From: an uncultured Verrucomicrobiae bacterium | GTDB taxonomy: Bacteria; Verrucomicrobiota; Verrucomicrobiia; Chthoniobacterales; Terrimicrobiaceae | Length of the DNA stretch: 64,000 nucleotides | Reading direction: 5' to 3' | NCBI GenBank assembly: GCA_963706955.1 | Contig: CAVPOC010000002.1 | Coordinates: 242,291-306,290, forward strand | Shown: positions 11,474-20,932 of the stretch, piece by piece | How the letters are laid out: each line of letters starts with the position of its first letter | Numbering within the stretch: the stretch's first letter is position 1 | Program-made: the position numbers and the translations under genes | Notes under the pieces: model-generated | What the model saw: only the letters and a program-made list of their open reading frames with translations | The model's database searches: none | What the model was told of the DNA's origin: nothing

Positions 11474-12111
11474 ATGTTTATCGAAAACGTAAGCCGTTCC
11501 GTTGAGGCCGGAGCTGAGAACCTGCGAAGAGCGCTCCTACGCTTAGTTTACGAGAGCCGGGGAATTCATCTGCCGCCGTAGCTTTTCGCTGGGCAGAGGC
11601 ACCCGGCTCGTCTCTGCTGGCCAAATGCGACGCCGAAATAAGAAATGGTCTGAACCTTGGCGACTATAACCTGCTAAAAGTTTACGAGCCGTCGAGAATC
11701 GTCTTGGGTGAGAACTTCACCACGCGGAGAAGTTGTATTTTTCAGCTCTTCGGAGGCGAGTTGGCCATCGGCGACAACGTCTTTTTTAACAATCATTGCT
11801 CCGTTACTTGCTTTGGAAAAATCGAAATTGGCGACAACACGTTCTTTGGAGAAGGGGTGAAAATGTACGACCACAACCACAAGCATGAGTTCCGGGAAAC
11901 CGGCCTCTACGCCTTCCCAACGGAATTCAAAATCGGGCAGATCAAGATCGGAAGAAACTGCTGGGTGGCGAGCAACGTGACGATCTTAAATAACGTGACG
12001 ATCGGCGACAACGTGATCGTCGGAGCAGGTTGCCTGATTCACAAGGCAGTTCCCTCCAATACCATCGTCATGCGAAAAGAAGAACTTATCTTCAAACAGG
12101 CAAAACAATAA
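11474..12111 (+). CDS. Hexapeptide-repeat (LbH) acyltransferase (frameshift near 11580-11610)
   Basis: IGDNVFFN, IEIGDNTFFG, YDHNH, IKIGRNCWVASNVTIL, IGDNVIVGAG; ATG at 11474 in another frame. Confidence 0.8.
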
Positions 12112-12187
12112 AGATTGTCGCGGCCGTGTCCCATCGCTACGCAGTCGTGCCGCGCCGGATCGGGCTCACGGCCGACCCACCTTAGGG

Positions 12188-12879
12188 TTAGGGATTCCTC
12201 CTGTCGCAGACGAAAACCCAGTTTTCGGTTCGCCCGAACGATATCGGGCAGAACTCGGTTTTGCCGACCAGCGACTCCATTTTCCTAAACAGATCTTGGC
12301 ATTCAGTTCGCACCTCTTGGTTATGAATGGCGACATTAAAAAAGCAAATTCCCTGAGGCGCTAAGAGTCGGCCCAATCCTCGCGAGAAATTCCTCTTGTT
12401 TGAATTGTTGCGGAACCTCGACGCCCACGAAAACATCCACCACGATCAGGTCGAACTGCTGATCACACCGCGCAACGAAAGCGCCGGCATCCTCCAGGTG
12501 CAGCGAAAGGTCTTTGTATCGCTCTATCCGAAAATACTTCTTCGCCAGATTCGATCACCACGGGATCCTTCTCGACGCCAGTGAGATGAACTGCCTTCTT
12601 ATATTCTTCACACAAGATACTGGCCACGCTGCCTGCTCCGAAGCCGAGGATGAGCGCATTGGCGATTTCCCTTTCCTGGACATCGAACTGGGAAAAAGCC
12701 TCGCGAAAGACTGCATCGAGTCCTCCAAATGAGTAATTAACACGGACCGCATCGAGGACGTATCGACCTTTGGAGAGGTAAATTTCAAGCCGTGGCGTGA
12801 CCACGCCTATTCGTTCTTCGACCTTCATCGGCGCAATGAAACTGGCGAAGAACCGCAGAAGATTCGCTGTCTGATTCAT
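12188..12879 (-). CDS. Spermidine-synthase-like class I SAM methyltransferase (frameshifted)
   Basis: NYSFGGL, ALILGFGAGS, GVEKDPVVIE, LLAPQGICFFN. Confidence 0.75.
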
Positions 12880-12880
12880 T

Positions 12881-12905
12881 TGTAGCGACGATGTCCTCAT
12901 CGTCG
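12881..12905. repeat. GTAG-type REP-like palindrome
   Basis: TGTAGCGACGATGTCCTCATCGTCG. Confidence 0.75.
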
Positions 12906-12964
12906 ACGATGGCATCGAGCGGTTCAACCCTTACCCGAGCATCACTCATGGAGTGACATCTTGC

Positions 12965-14389
12965 TCAGAGTTCAGCGGCAATCCGCGGAATTACGCATTC
13001 CAATAGGGCGGTCAATCGCCCCGGCAGCTGCTGTCCGAACGAAAGCACGTCATTATGCGCGATCTGCTGCGTCTCCACACCAGCTGCAATATTCGTGATT
13101 GCGCAGGTTGCCAGGACGCGAATTCCCAAGTGCCGCGCGGCGATGACCTCCGGGACGACCGACATTCCAACGAGGTCAGCTCCCTGGTTGCGCAGCGAGC
13201 GGACTTCGGCGGGCGTCTCGTAGCTTGGTCCGGTGTGCCCGGCGAAAACGCCCTCAAGGAGAGAAAATCCAAGATTCTCGGCGCTCGAGCGGGCGATTTC
13301 TCGGTATCTTCGGTTGTAGACCTCGCTCATATCCGCGAAACGGGAGCCTAGTCGTTCGTCCGAAGAGCCCACCATCGGATTGCTTCCGAGCAGATTGATG
13401 TGGTCGGAGAGAAGAACGAGGCTTCCGGGCGTGAATGCCGGATTTATGCCGGCGGCAGCAGAGGTAAACACCAGCGAGCAAATTCCCATTCGCGCGAGAA
13501 TCCGGATCGGGAATACAACCGCATCGAGTCCCAGGCCTTCGTAATGGTGGAGGCGACCGCAGAGCACGGTGAGCGGCACGTCGGCGAGTTTTCCAATTAT
13601 TAAGTGGCCTACGCGGCTTGAGCGGTTCACATGCGGAAAGTGGGGGATTGTCTCATATTTTACGGTCGTCACTTCCGTCAGCCGATCGGCAATCTTGTCA
13701 AAAGCGGTCCCCAAAAGAAGGGCGATCCGCGGTCGGAACGCCGTCTGGTTCTCGATGAAACGGGCGGCTTCTTCCGCTCGCGCAAAGCTTCCTTGAAGCG
13801 CAGCAGCGGTTTTTTTCGTCTTCTCGACGCCACTCGGACCGGGGCTTGCGATGGTGTCGGGCGGCGGGAACATCGGCTCGACGAGCTCCTCGGCGATAAT
13901 GGGCAATTGTGCGCCCTGCTTCGGGAAGCGCCGACGGTGTTGTCCCGTTAAGAATGCAAAGAGGCGTTTGTAACCCAACGGGCTGTCCAACAGGAAACTG
14001 GTAGCACCCTTAAGCGGCGACGGGATAAATTTTCTTTCAGAATCGGTAAAGACGACAGGAACAAACTTGATCGTGTTGAGCTTGTTCTCGTAAAGAGCAT
14101 TGTAGATAAGGTTAGCCTCCCAGCAGACTCCCTGGCCGACATCGTTCGGCACCTTCTGCCGCACCTTGTTCCAATACAGTTCCGTGCAGACAAGTAGCAC
14201 GTAATCGGCGCTCTCAATCCTGTCCTCCATCCAAATAGGCCACGGAATTTTCTCTTCATCGTCGCCGCGATTCTGGTCGATGAAAACCGTCAGACCATCT
14301 CGCATCAAGGACGCGGCCAGCCGAAGAACGTTGTGGCTATGCTCCGGATTCGCCGGATCATGGCTGTAGCTTACGAAGACGCTCGGCAT
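12965..14389 (-). CDS. SEFIR/TIR domain fused to purine nucleoside phosphorylase (trimeric PNP/XapA type), 474 aa
   Basis: N-term VFVSYSHD...VFIDQ...WMEDRIESADYVLLVCT...GVCWEA...KFVPVVF; C-term GRLHHYEG, DHINLLG, GPSYETPAE, GADLVGMS, ITNIAAG; RBS GGAGGAGA before ATG 14389; uninterrupted frame. Confidence 0.85.
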   Translation of the reverse strand: MPSVFVSYSHDPANPEHSHNVLRLAASLMRDGLTVFIDQNRGDDEEKIPWPIWMEDRIESADYVLLVCTELYWNKVRQKVPNDVGQGVCWEANLIYNALYENKLNTIKFVPVVFTDSERKFIPSPLKGATSFLLDSPLGYKRLFAFLTGQHRRRFPKQGAQLPIIAEELVEPMFPPPDTIASPGPSGVEKTKKTAAALQGSFARAEEAARFIENQTAFRPRIALLLGTAFDKIADRLTEVTTVKYETIPHFPHVNRSSRVGHLIIGKLADVPLTVLCGRLHHYEGLGLDAVVFPIRILARMGICSLVFTSAAAGINPAFTPGSLVLLSDHINLLGSNPMVGSSDERLGSRFADMSEVYNRRYREIARSSAENLGFSLLEGVFAGHTGPSYETPAEVRSLRNQGADLVGMSVVPEVIAARHLGIRVLATCAITNIAAGVETQQIAHNDVLSFGQQLPGRLTALLECVIPRIAAEL

Positions 14390-14482
14390 TTCTCCTCCAT
14401 AGCACACGTGGATGCTCCGGCACGATTGGCTTCTTTAACGATGCTCCCAAGGGAGCATTAACCTTCCTCCTCGGTCTCCACC

Positions 14483-14511
14483 TTGAACCGACTCCCTGCT
14501 TGGGTTATCAG
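14483..14511 (+). promoter_or_regulatory. Putative sigma70 promoter in front of the tRNA half
   Basis: TTGAAC-N17-TATCAG; same hexamers and spacing at 21028-21056. Confidence 0.45.
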
Positions 14512-14519
14512 AGAGTTCG

Positions 14520-14558
14520 GCACCCGTAGCTCAGTGGATAGAGCACCGGTCTTCTAAA
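14520..14558 (+). pseudogene. 5' half of tRNA-Arg(UCU), truncated at the anticodon loop (att-like)
   Basis: GCACCCGTAGCTCAGTGGATAGAGCACCGGTCTTCTAAA identical to 21065-21103, then unrelated sequence. Confidence 0.9.
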
Positions 14559-14915
14559 TCCGTTTCTGGTATTTTACCCTCATTTAGACGAACTCGGACA
14601 GCTTCGGACTGCTCGCTTGGCATAAGGATCGGCTTTGGATTTGGAACGGACTGATGCTGACAGCAGAGGTCCCAATCCCAATCGGCGTTAGTTTCCCTAC
14701 GCCAAAGGAAGACAAATTTTTTGACAATGGCACCGGCTGTTTTTGAAAATTCCTGAAGGCTGGCATGCTAGAAAGGCAGAACGGCCCTCTTTCTATATTC
14801 TCAAAAGCAGTGCGAGGACTGGCAGGAGTGAGCTTTCACCCGATATACTTCGTGAAGAGCGTTCAGGACATCCCTTTCAGGCCGAGGAGCTCTTGCGGAG
14901 TTTTAGGCAGTTGCG

Positions 14916-15452
14916 TCACCCGGCTTTAGTCTTCTCCAGTTCCGCCCGCACGGCATCGCGTTCGCGCGGCATGTTGAGCTTCGTAAATATATCAACGGCG
15001 GCAGCGAGCTTTTCCCGCTCTACCTGGCGATCACCTTGTTCGCGCGCGAGAAGGCCCCAACTCCAGTAGCAGTAAGCCATACTGGCCAGATTGCCAAGCT
15101 CCAGGCAGATGGCTTCTTTCTTCTTGAGGAGCGCCATAGCCTCCTGCAACCGTCCCGACACACGCATAATCAAGGCCTGATTGCCGTAGCTCGCCTGTAA
15201 ACCGTTCTTGTTGCCAAGCTCCACGCAGAGCGCCTCCTTTTTCCTGAGCAGCGACATGGCCTCTTCTAGCCGCCCGCAGGCACTTACGATCAGAGCTTGA
15301 TTACCATAGCTCGCCTGCAAAACGTCTTTATTGCCCAGCCTCAGACAGAGTGCTTCGTCCTGCCGAGCGTGGCGAAGTGCAGTTTCCAATTCTCGAGTTC
15401 TCATTCTAATTACAAGACCTCCTCGAATCGATACGAGTGTTTCACGCTCCAA
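14916..15452 (-). pseudogene. TPR-repeat C-terminal fragment (type seen at the end of STAND/NACHT-TPR proteins)
   Basis: 40-aa repeats LGNKxxLQASYGNQALI...GRLxEAMxLLxKKEAxCxE; no convincing N-terminus. Confidence 0.7.
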
Positions 15453-15594
15453 GCCGGAATCCGTCTCCGTAGACGCCCAAGATCTAGGCCGCTGACGCCC
15501 ACGTCAAGGCTCGGCAGCTTCGTACAGTAGTGGCATACACTCAACTGCATGCGTACCTCTTGTCGACGCCAGCCTCCCGGGTTCCCGCCTATTT

Positions 15595-16404
15595 CTAAAA
15601 AGATACAAGAACATTATCGATGTGCGGTATATTAAACAACTCTTCCAACTCCTGTGTTACCGTATTTCCTTCCGCATCAAGCGTGTAGAAAGATACTCCA
15701 TAACACGCCTCGTATGATTTAAGCATCTCTCTTAAAGGCACAAGCTCATCTCCCAAAGCGCCGGCATTCAACTCAAAAGATATAACATCCACCTGTCCGT
15801 TTTTAATGAGGCGCTCCATTCCTAACAATGCGTTATATTCTCCACCCTCAACGTCGATCTTAACGAAACCGATTCTGCCGACATTGTTTATGTGGTCATC
15901 GAGACTGACCGCTTTCACCTCAATAATTTCGAAAGACTCCGGTGGAACATTAATCGACAATGATTTTTGTGCTTCTTTAATTTTTAAGGACCCACAACCT
16001 CTGAATCTTGACGGTTCAAGAAAGGGTAATGCTGCTTCTTTCTTATAAACGGCCAGCTGAAACAGATCCACATTGGACAAGTAATTCATTTTAGCATTTG
16101 CGACGGCAAACTCGTAGTTCCTTGGGCTCGCCTCATAAGCAAAGACTCTGCCATGCTTGCCTACCCTGCGTCCTAAAAGAATCGTTGTATAGCCAATGTT
16201 CGCGCCGACATCAATCACCGTGGAACCTTCGGGGATATGTCGTATTATAAAATTTGTTAGGGCAATATCAAATGCTCCATCGAGTACTAAGTCCGGCGTT
16301 ATGCTTAGGTCGTCTGAGGGAGCAAGCATCTTGCCGCCCCATATAGGTGAGATTAGCACCTTCCCATGACCTATATATGTGCCTCTCATTGCCTCGTTTG
16401 ACAA
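15595..16404 (-). CDS. FkbM-family methyltransferase
   Basis: VIDVGANIGYTT, AYEASPRN, VSLDD, FVKIDVEGGE; AT-rich codon usage. Confidence 0.9.
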   Translation of the reverse strand: MSNEAMRGTYIGHGKVLISPIWGGKMLAPSDDLSITPDLVLDGAFDIALTNFIIRHIPEGSTVIDVGANIGYTTILLGRRVGKHGRVFAYEASPRNYEFAVANAKMNYLSNVDLFQLAVYKKEAALPFLEPSRFRGCGSLKIKEAQKSLSINVPPESFEIIEVKAVSLDDHINNVGRIGFVKIDVEGGEYNALLGMERLIKNGQVDVISFELNAGALGDELVPLREMLKSYEACYGVSFYTLDAEGNTVTQELEELFNIPHIDNVLVSF

Positions 16405-16952
16405 GCTACCATCATAGCCGTTTGAAGATTGCCGGAGTTCTTGATCCGTCGGAAAGTGACATATGAGTCTCTGCTAAAGCTTAGGTATCTGTGAGTTACG
16501 GAGCAACGTAAACGGAAAACCGCCGCCGCCCTCAATACGCACGCATTTAGGACGGGCCCGGATGGAGTCCGGAAGAGCGATTAGCGCCTCGTTGATCATT
16601 CGCGACTTGGGAGCGCGATACGCATAAACATAAATAGTGGCGCAGTAAACTTTAAGGATGTGCGAGAGGCGTGTTATAAATAATACGACTCTCCTGCTGA
16701 GATGTGGGAGAGCAGCTTATCGGCAGGGTTTCGGCTTGAGCTCGATCGAGCCCGCGGTTTCCTTCGGCAACGGGGTAGGTCTCTCCTCAGAATCTTGGTA
16801 TTCGATACCATACGCTCTCCTGTATTGATGACCCGATAAGCCCGTCTGAAGAGTCCGCGCCCTTCGGCAGTATGAGCTCCCGTGACTTACACAAGCCTTC
16901 CAATAGACGTGTAGCTCGGTCGTTTGTTACGAGCACTAGTCGGGTCGCGATG

Positions 16953-17327
16953 CTATACGTTCTTTTCCATTAGCGATCTTCGTACCAAAACACGATCACG
17001 TCTTCCCCTGTTCGATGTGGCGGCTGAGGCCTCAAAATCCTTCCTGCGGCGCAGCAACGACTGTTCCCACTGGTCAAGGAGTCGGAAAACGCCTTTCCCA
17101 CGTTTGGCGCAATGAACCGAATACAGCAACGCGACGAGCCAGAGGGAAAACTCAACCCACCCGAGTTTCGTGAGACTCTCGAATGGACACTCGAAACGCA
17201 GAATTAGAGGAACGGCTAGAAGGAACAATAGACCTCCTCCGAGGTAGACAGCAACGGTAACAGACAAAAAGTGATCATGCTCACGATTCAGGGCCTTATC
17301 GCGACTAAATTCCCTCATACATCCCAA
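16953..17327 (-). CDS. Hypothetical small membrane protein
   Basis: Two hydrophobic segments; no family recognised. Confidence 0.3.
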   Translation of the reverse strand: MGCMREFSRDKALNREHDHFLSVTVAVYLGGGLLFLLAVPLILRFECPFESLTKLGWVEFSLWLVALLYSVHCAKRGKGVFRLLDQWEQSLLRRRKDFEASAATSNRGRRDRVLVRRSLMEKNV

Positions 17328-17514
17328 TTGTGCAGTTAACCGGGCGATGACAGCAGAAAGCGACGAGGTGGTTAAGAGTCCAGTAAACAGCTATTGCGTC
17401 CGAAAAACGACATACATTGCAAGGACTTTGGTGCAGTGTAAAAGTTAAAGATGAACGACTTATCGGATTCTTTAGTCGGTTTTTTTGAGTCGCGTCATGC
17501 CGCCCCCCAGCCGC

Positions 17515-17577
17515 GGCAATCCAGAGTTTTCGCAGTACGGGGTTTTGCAGTGCTGCCCAAGTGGAGCTCGTAATCAT
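17515..17577 (-). pseudogene. Short N-terminal remnant of an MFS transporter
   Basis: STWAALQNPVLRKLWIA resembles the MFS_3 start (cf. LAPLTLPAFRAMWAA at 52.8 kb). Confidence 0.35.
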
Positions 17578-18820
17578 GATCGCAAGTATCTTCACTCGTT
17601 ACAAACGCGGCGGGGTCGCGGAGTTTCAGGAATTTCTGTTCCTAAAATTGCTTTTCATCCGCTATCTGTTGGTCAAGGCCGATTCTTTGGTGAAACCCGA
17701 CCATGATCCGCGGACGAGGTGCTTGTACGCGACGCATTCGACTGTTTGCGACGGCAACCATTCTCTGGCCATTCCCAAGGTTCTCTCAAGCAGTCGTCGC
17801 GAATACACATCTGCCAGTTTATCGAACGTACGCCGATAAGAGTCCGCCGGACAGAGTCTTACAACCTTTTCTTAAGAATGCCAAGGGGAAGATCTTATTC
17901 GTTTTCGATATATTTGCCTCATTTAGACCTTGGACAGCTTTGGACTGTTCTTTTGGGATGAAGATTTGGGAGCGAATTTGAAGCGGACTGACGCGGACGG
18001 AAAAGGCCCCAATTCCAACATGCGGGTTACTTTTCTGGGTTACTTTCCGGAATGCCGAAGAAGGGGAGTCTTTTGGCTCATGCCACCCGGTTTTTGAATT
18101 TTCCGAACGGTTGGCTGCAGAGAAGATCGGTACGGTCTCCATTCAATTTTCTCTAATCGCCTGGGGCCTGGGGGAGGTAAGAAGGCTTGGCCTCCTCTCT
18201 CGACCTTGCCGACCTGGAATCCGAATCACGGACGCCGGCAGCAGAAACGTTTTCTCCGAAGAACCTGCGCGGGCTTGCGTGCCGTCGAAAGCGTAGCGGC
18301 GAAGTATCGATCAATTCGTAGACGATGCAATGCACTTTTTTTGGTGAATCTCCCTTAATGAGATCCACAACATCCGACAAGGTAGAGCTGCGGGATGAGT
18401 GTGAGCACGTCGTTCGGCGTCGAACAGCAGCCACTCGAAGCCAGCGAGGCCGAGGAACTTTCTACGCTCGCGAAAACTCGGGTTCGACCTTTGTCCACTT
18501 CCACCCGTTGCTCGCGGATCCGTCGGAATACAAACGGCGAGCACGCTTGAATCCGTATCTCTTCAAGATTCTCCCAATCAATGGATTCCAATCCTCCTAA
18601 ACGGCAATTGTGGAGAATACTTCTTTCGCGGCTGCCAACTGAAAGTATGTCCAGTCTATCGCCGGAAACATAAGCAAGACCTCTCACTCCGTGCGTTGTG
18701 TCGAACCTGTTGTATCCGTTTTAAGTGTTAGACTCCTCGGATCCGGCTCGAACGAGGAGAAGAATTGGGGGTTACTCTTGTGACGCTTTACGCGAGGCAG
18801 ACCGGAGTTTATCGCCCTCT

Positions 18821-18871
18821 CTTGGTTCATAGGATCAGTGTGACGGAGATTTCACATTCTTCTCATGGCAT
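18821..18871 (-). repeat. Diverged copy of island leader motif
   Basis: CTTGGTTCAT...TGTGACGGAGAT...TTCTTCTCATGGCAT vs CTTGCTTCAT...TGTGACGGAGAT...TTCTTCCAATGGCAT at 20541-20591. Confidence 0.6.
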
Positions 18872-19299
18872 CTTATCGTAACGCCAATAGCTTCTCGTTA
18901 TGATGTAGGGACCCTCTGATTTTGCGGGGACCAAAGCTTCCTTAAGCTGGAACGCGAGCAATTGCATGAACGACCTCTAATTGGTCGTGTCGATCACTGG
19001 CGCTGATGACGACTCCCGCACCAGATCAATCGAATCAGAGCAGTCTTTTTTGTTTTCATATCCCTCTCCGGAGATGGCAAGGGTTATTCGGTTTTTGGCA
19101 CGCAGCCTCCACCGGTATTCTCCAGCCTGATCTTTGAATATCGTGTAAATCATAAATGAGCCTGATACGCTGCTTCAGCTGCGGCGCGCAAACATTTCAT
19201 GCATGCGAGCTTGTCGCGATACTGTTGCCAAAAGGTGGAGCTTTTCGCCAAATGCCGGCCAACCTGAAGCGTTGCCAAACTGCAAACCGCGGAAATTGC

Positions 19300-19441
19300 G
19301 CGCGCTGTCAGCTTCTTCGAACTGGGGAGAACATCGTCTTGCCCAGGAGGTCGGGCTGTTTCGCGATGTCTTGCTTCATCGAAGGAATATGAAGGAAATC
19401 CTCTTCTTCTTCCAATGGCATTTATTCATATTGGTGATAAC
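19300..19441 (-). repeat. ~140 bp direct repeat copy (contains 23-aa micro-ORF 19308-19379)
   Basis: Aligns with 20471-20611; 35 bp identical stretch 19407-19441 = 20577-20611. Confidence 0.9.
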
Positions 19442-19793
19442 TCAACCTTATACGTTGCTTTCGCGTCCAACCGTCGTACAGAGCTTCCGCGTGCTCCGCT
19501 CCCTTAAGCGCAATGGCTGCTTAGTTTCAAGTTGTAGGCCTGAAGGAAAAGAATAGTTTCAAATCCCTCTCTCTAAGGAGAAGCGAATAGCCAATCCCTA
19601 TCAGAGAGCATTTCGACTTTATGGGACAGCCGCAACCACCGTCAGAAGCCATGATCTCGTCTTAATATAAAATTAGATGCGTTTCCTCGTGCATTATTCA
19701 AAAGGTATGAAAATCGGCCAACTTTCCAGCTAGAAAGCGCCGTTTTGAGTCAATCGTGTTCCGCCAAACGATCATGCCGCTGAATCCCTGCTG

Positions 19794-20225
19794 CTAAAGG
19801 CCTCGTCTCGTACGGAAGAGAACACTTTGCCTACGAGAAAACAAAACCTCCTTTCCGTCCCTTAAAAGAAAACTGAGGCCTCCATCTTTCAGGAAACGTG
19901 GTTGCTTCACTTGGCTGAGATTGACGATACAATCACGGCTGGCGCGAAAGAAGATTGAGCTGTCCAACCTGCGCCCAACTTCCACGAGGGAGCGACGAAT
20001 GAGGAACTTGTCGTCGGCGAAATGGACGAGCGTGGTATTCCGGAACGCCTCAAGAATGGAAATGTCTTCGATCCGCGCGAGCCGACATTTGCTATCGTCG
20101 TCGGTCAGGAGAACGAAATCGTCACGATGAAATATGTGTCGCTTGCTCTCCGCAGTTGGAGCCGGCGACCGCTCCGATTGTATTTGGACTGCCACTAAAG
20201 AGTGGTATGTGGTTTTCGAATTCAA
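19794..20225 (-). CDS. Stand-alone LytTR DNA-binding domain protein
   Basis: IEDISILEA, FLIRRSL...LDSSIFFRASRDCIVNL, EVLFSRRQS; no receiver domain. Confidence 0.8.
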   Translation of the reverse strand: MNSKTTYHSLVAVQIQSERSPAPTAESKRHIFHRDDFVLLTDDDSKCRLARIEDISILEAFRNTTLVHFADDKFLIRRSLVEVGRRLDSSIFFRASRDCIVNLSQVKQPRFLKDGGLSFLLRDGKEVLFSRRQSVLFRTRRGL

Positions 20226-20470
20226 TAGGGATGATCTCTGCTTGATGCCGTTCTTCTGCCCGCCTTGAAAGAGCTCGAGATTCCGCCAAAACGATGCTCA
20301 CGGAGACAAGGACTCAGACAAGCTTAGGATGCGTATACTGAAAGCTGGTTTGGAACCTTCGGGTGCTGGCGGCGCGCTAAGACGGGTATGACCTTTCGTT
20401 AGTGCCAGATCGGCAGAGGTACGAATACCAAAGGCCCTGCCGTACGAGAAAAGCGTGGAAGTTGCGCGTC

Positions 20471-20611
20471 GCGCGCTATCAGCTACGCTGAACTGGGGAA
20501 AGCACCATCTTGCCCAGGAGCCGGGGCTGTTCCGCGATGTCTTGCTTCATGGGAGAATGTGACGGAGATCCTTTTGTTCTTCCAATGGCATTTATTCATA
20601 TTGGTGATAAC
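20471..20611 (-). repeat. ~140 bp direct repeat copy (contains 23-aa micro-ORF 20479-20550)
   Basis: Aligns with 19300-19441. Confidence 0.9.
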
Positions 20612-20686
20612 CCAAAGTTATGACATACCTTCGCCGCCCAAGGGCTAAAAGGAACGGCTGCCAATGGCTCAATTTATTCTGTTTAA

Positions 20687-20932
20687 CTAATCAGCGAGAC
20701 ATCTATCTGTGCAACTTGGTCCGAAGCACTTTCCGCACCCTTCAAATTCGGCCCTCTCGATCCTGTCCTCCATGCAGATAGGCTGGGGAATCTTCTCCTC
20801 GTCCGCGCTCCGATTCTGGTCGACGAAAACCGTCAGGCGATCTCGCATTAAGGACGCCGCCAACCCTAACACGTTTCGACTATGCTCCGGATTCGCCGGA
20901 TCATGGCTGTAGCTTACGAAGACGCTCGGCAT
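20687..20932 (-). pseudogene. Truncated second SEFIR allele (first ~60 aa homologous)
   Basis: MPSVFVSYSHDPANPEHSRNVLGLAASLMRDRLTVFVDQ...MEDRIERA then diverges. Confidence 0.9.

Larger units (their letters stand above)
14205..14558 (+). repeat. Direct repeat copy 1 (SEFIR 5' end + divergent promoter region + 5' half tRNA-Arg)
   Basis: Aligns with 20748-21103; near-identical around start codon and tRNA, more diverged in the SEFIR codons. Confidence 0.92.

Noticed and set aside
14520..14900. Group I intron in the tRNA-Arg anticodon loop
   Set aside because: No 3' exon follows within intron distance; the only 3' half (21104-21137) has its own 5' half; no P/Q/R/S core recognised
18839..18856. 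CRP-like site TGTGA-N8-TCACA
   Set aside because: Spacer is 8 rather than 6 and the right half is not kept in the other two copies
18994..19072. Micro-ORF MKTKK... with GGAGAGG RBS on the minus strand
   Set aside because: About 21 codons, frame ambiguous at an A-run, and no supporting homology or repeat
18821..20611. CRISPR array from the repeated motif
   Set aside because: Only three long, irregularly spaced, diverged copies; no repeat-spacer periodicity and no cas genes
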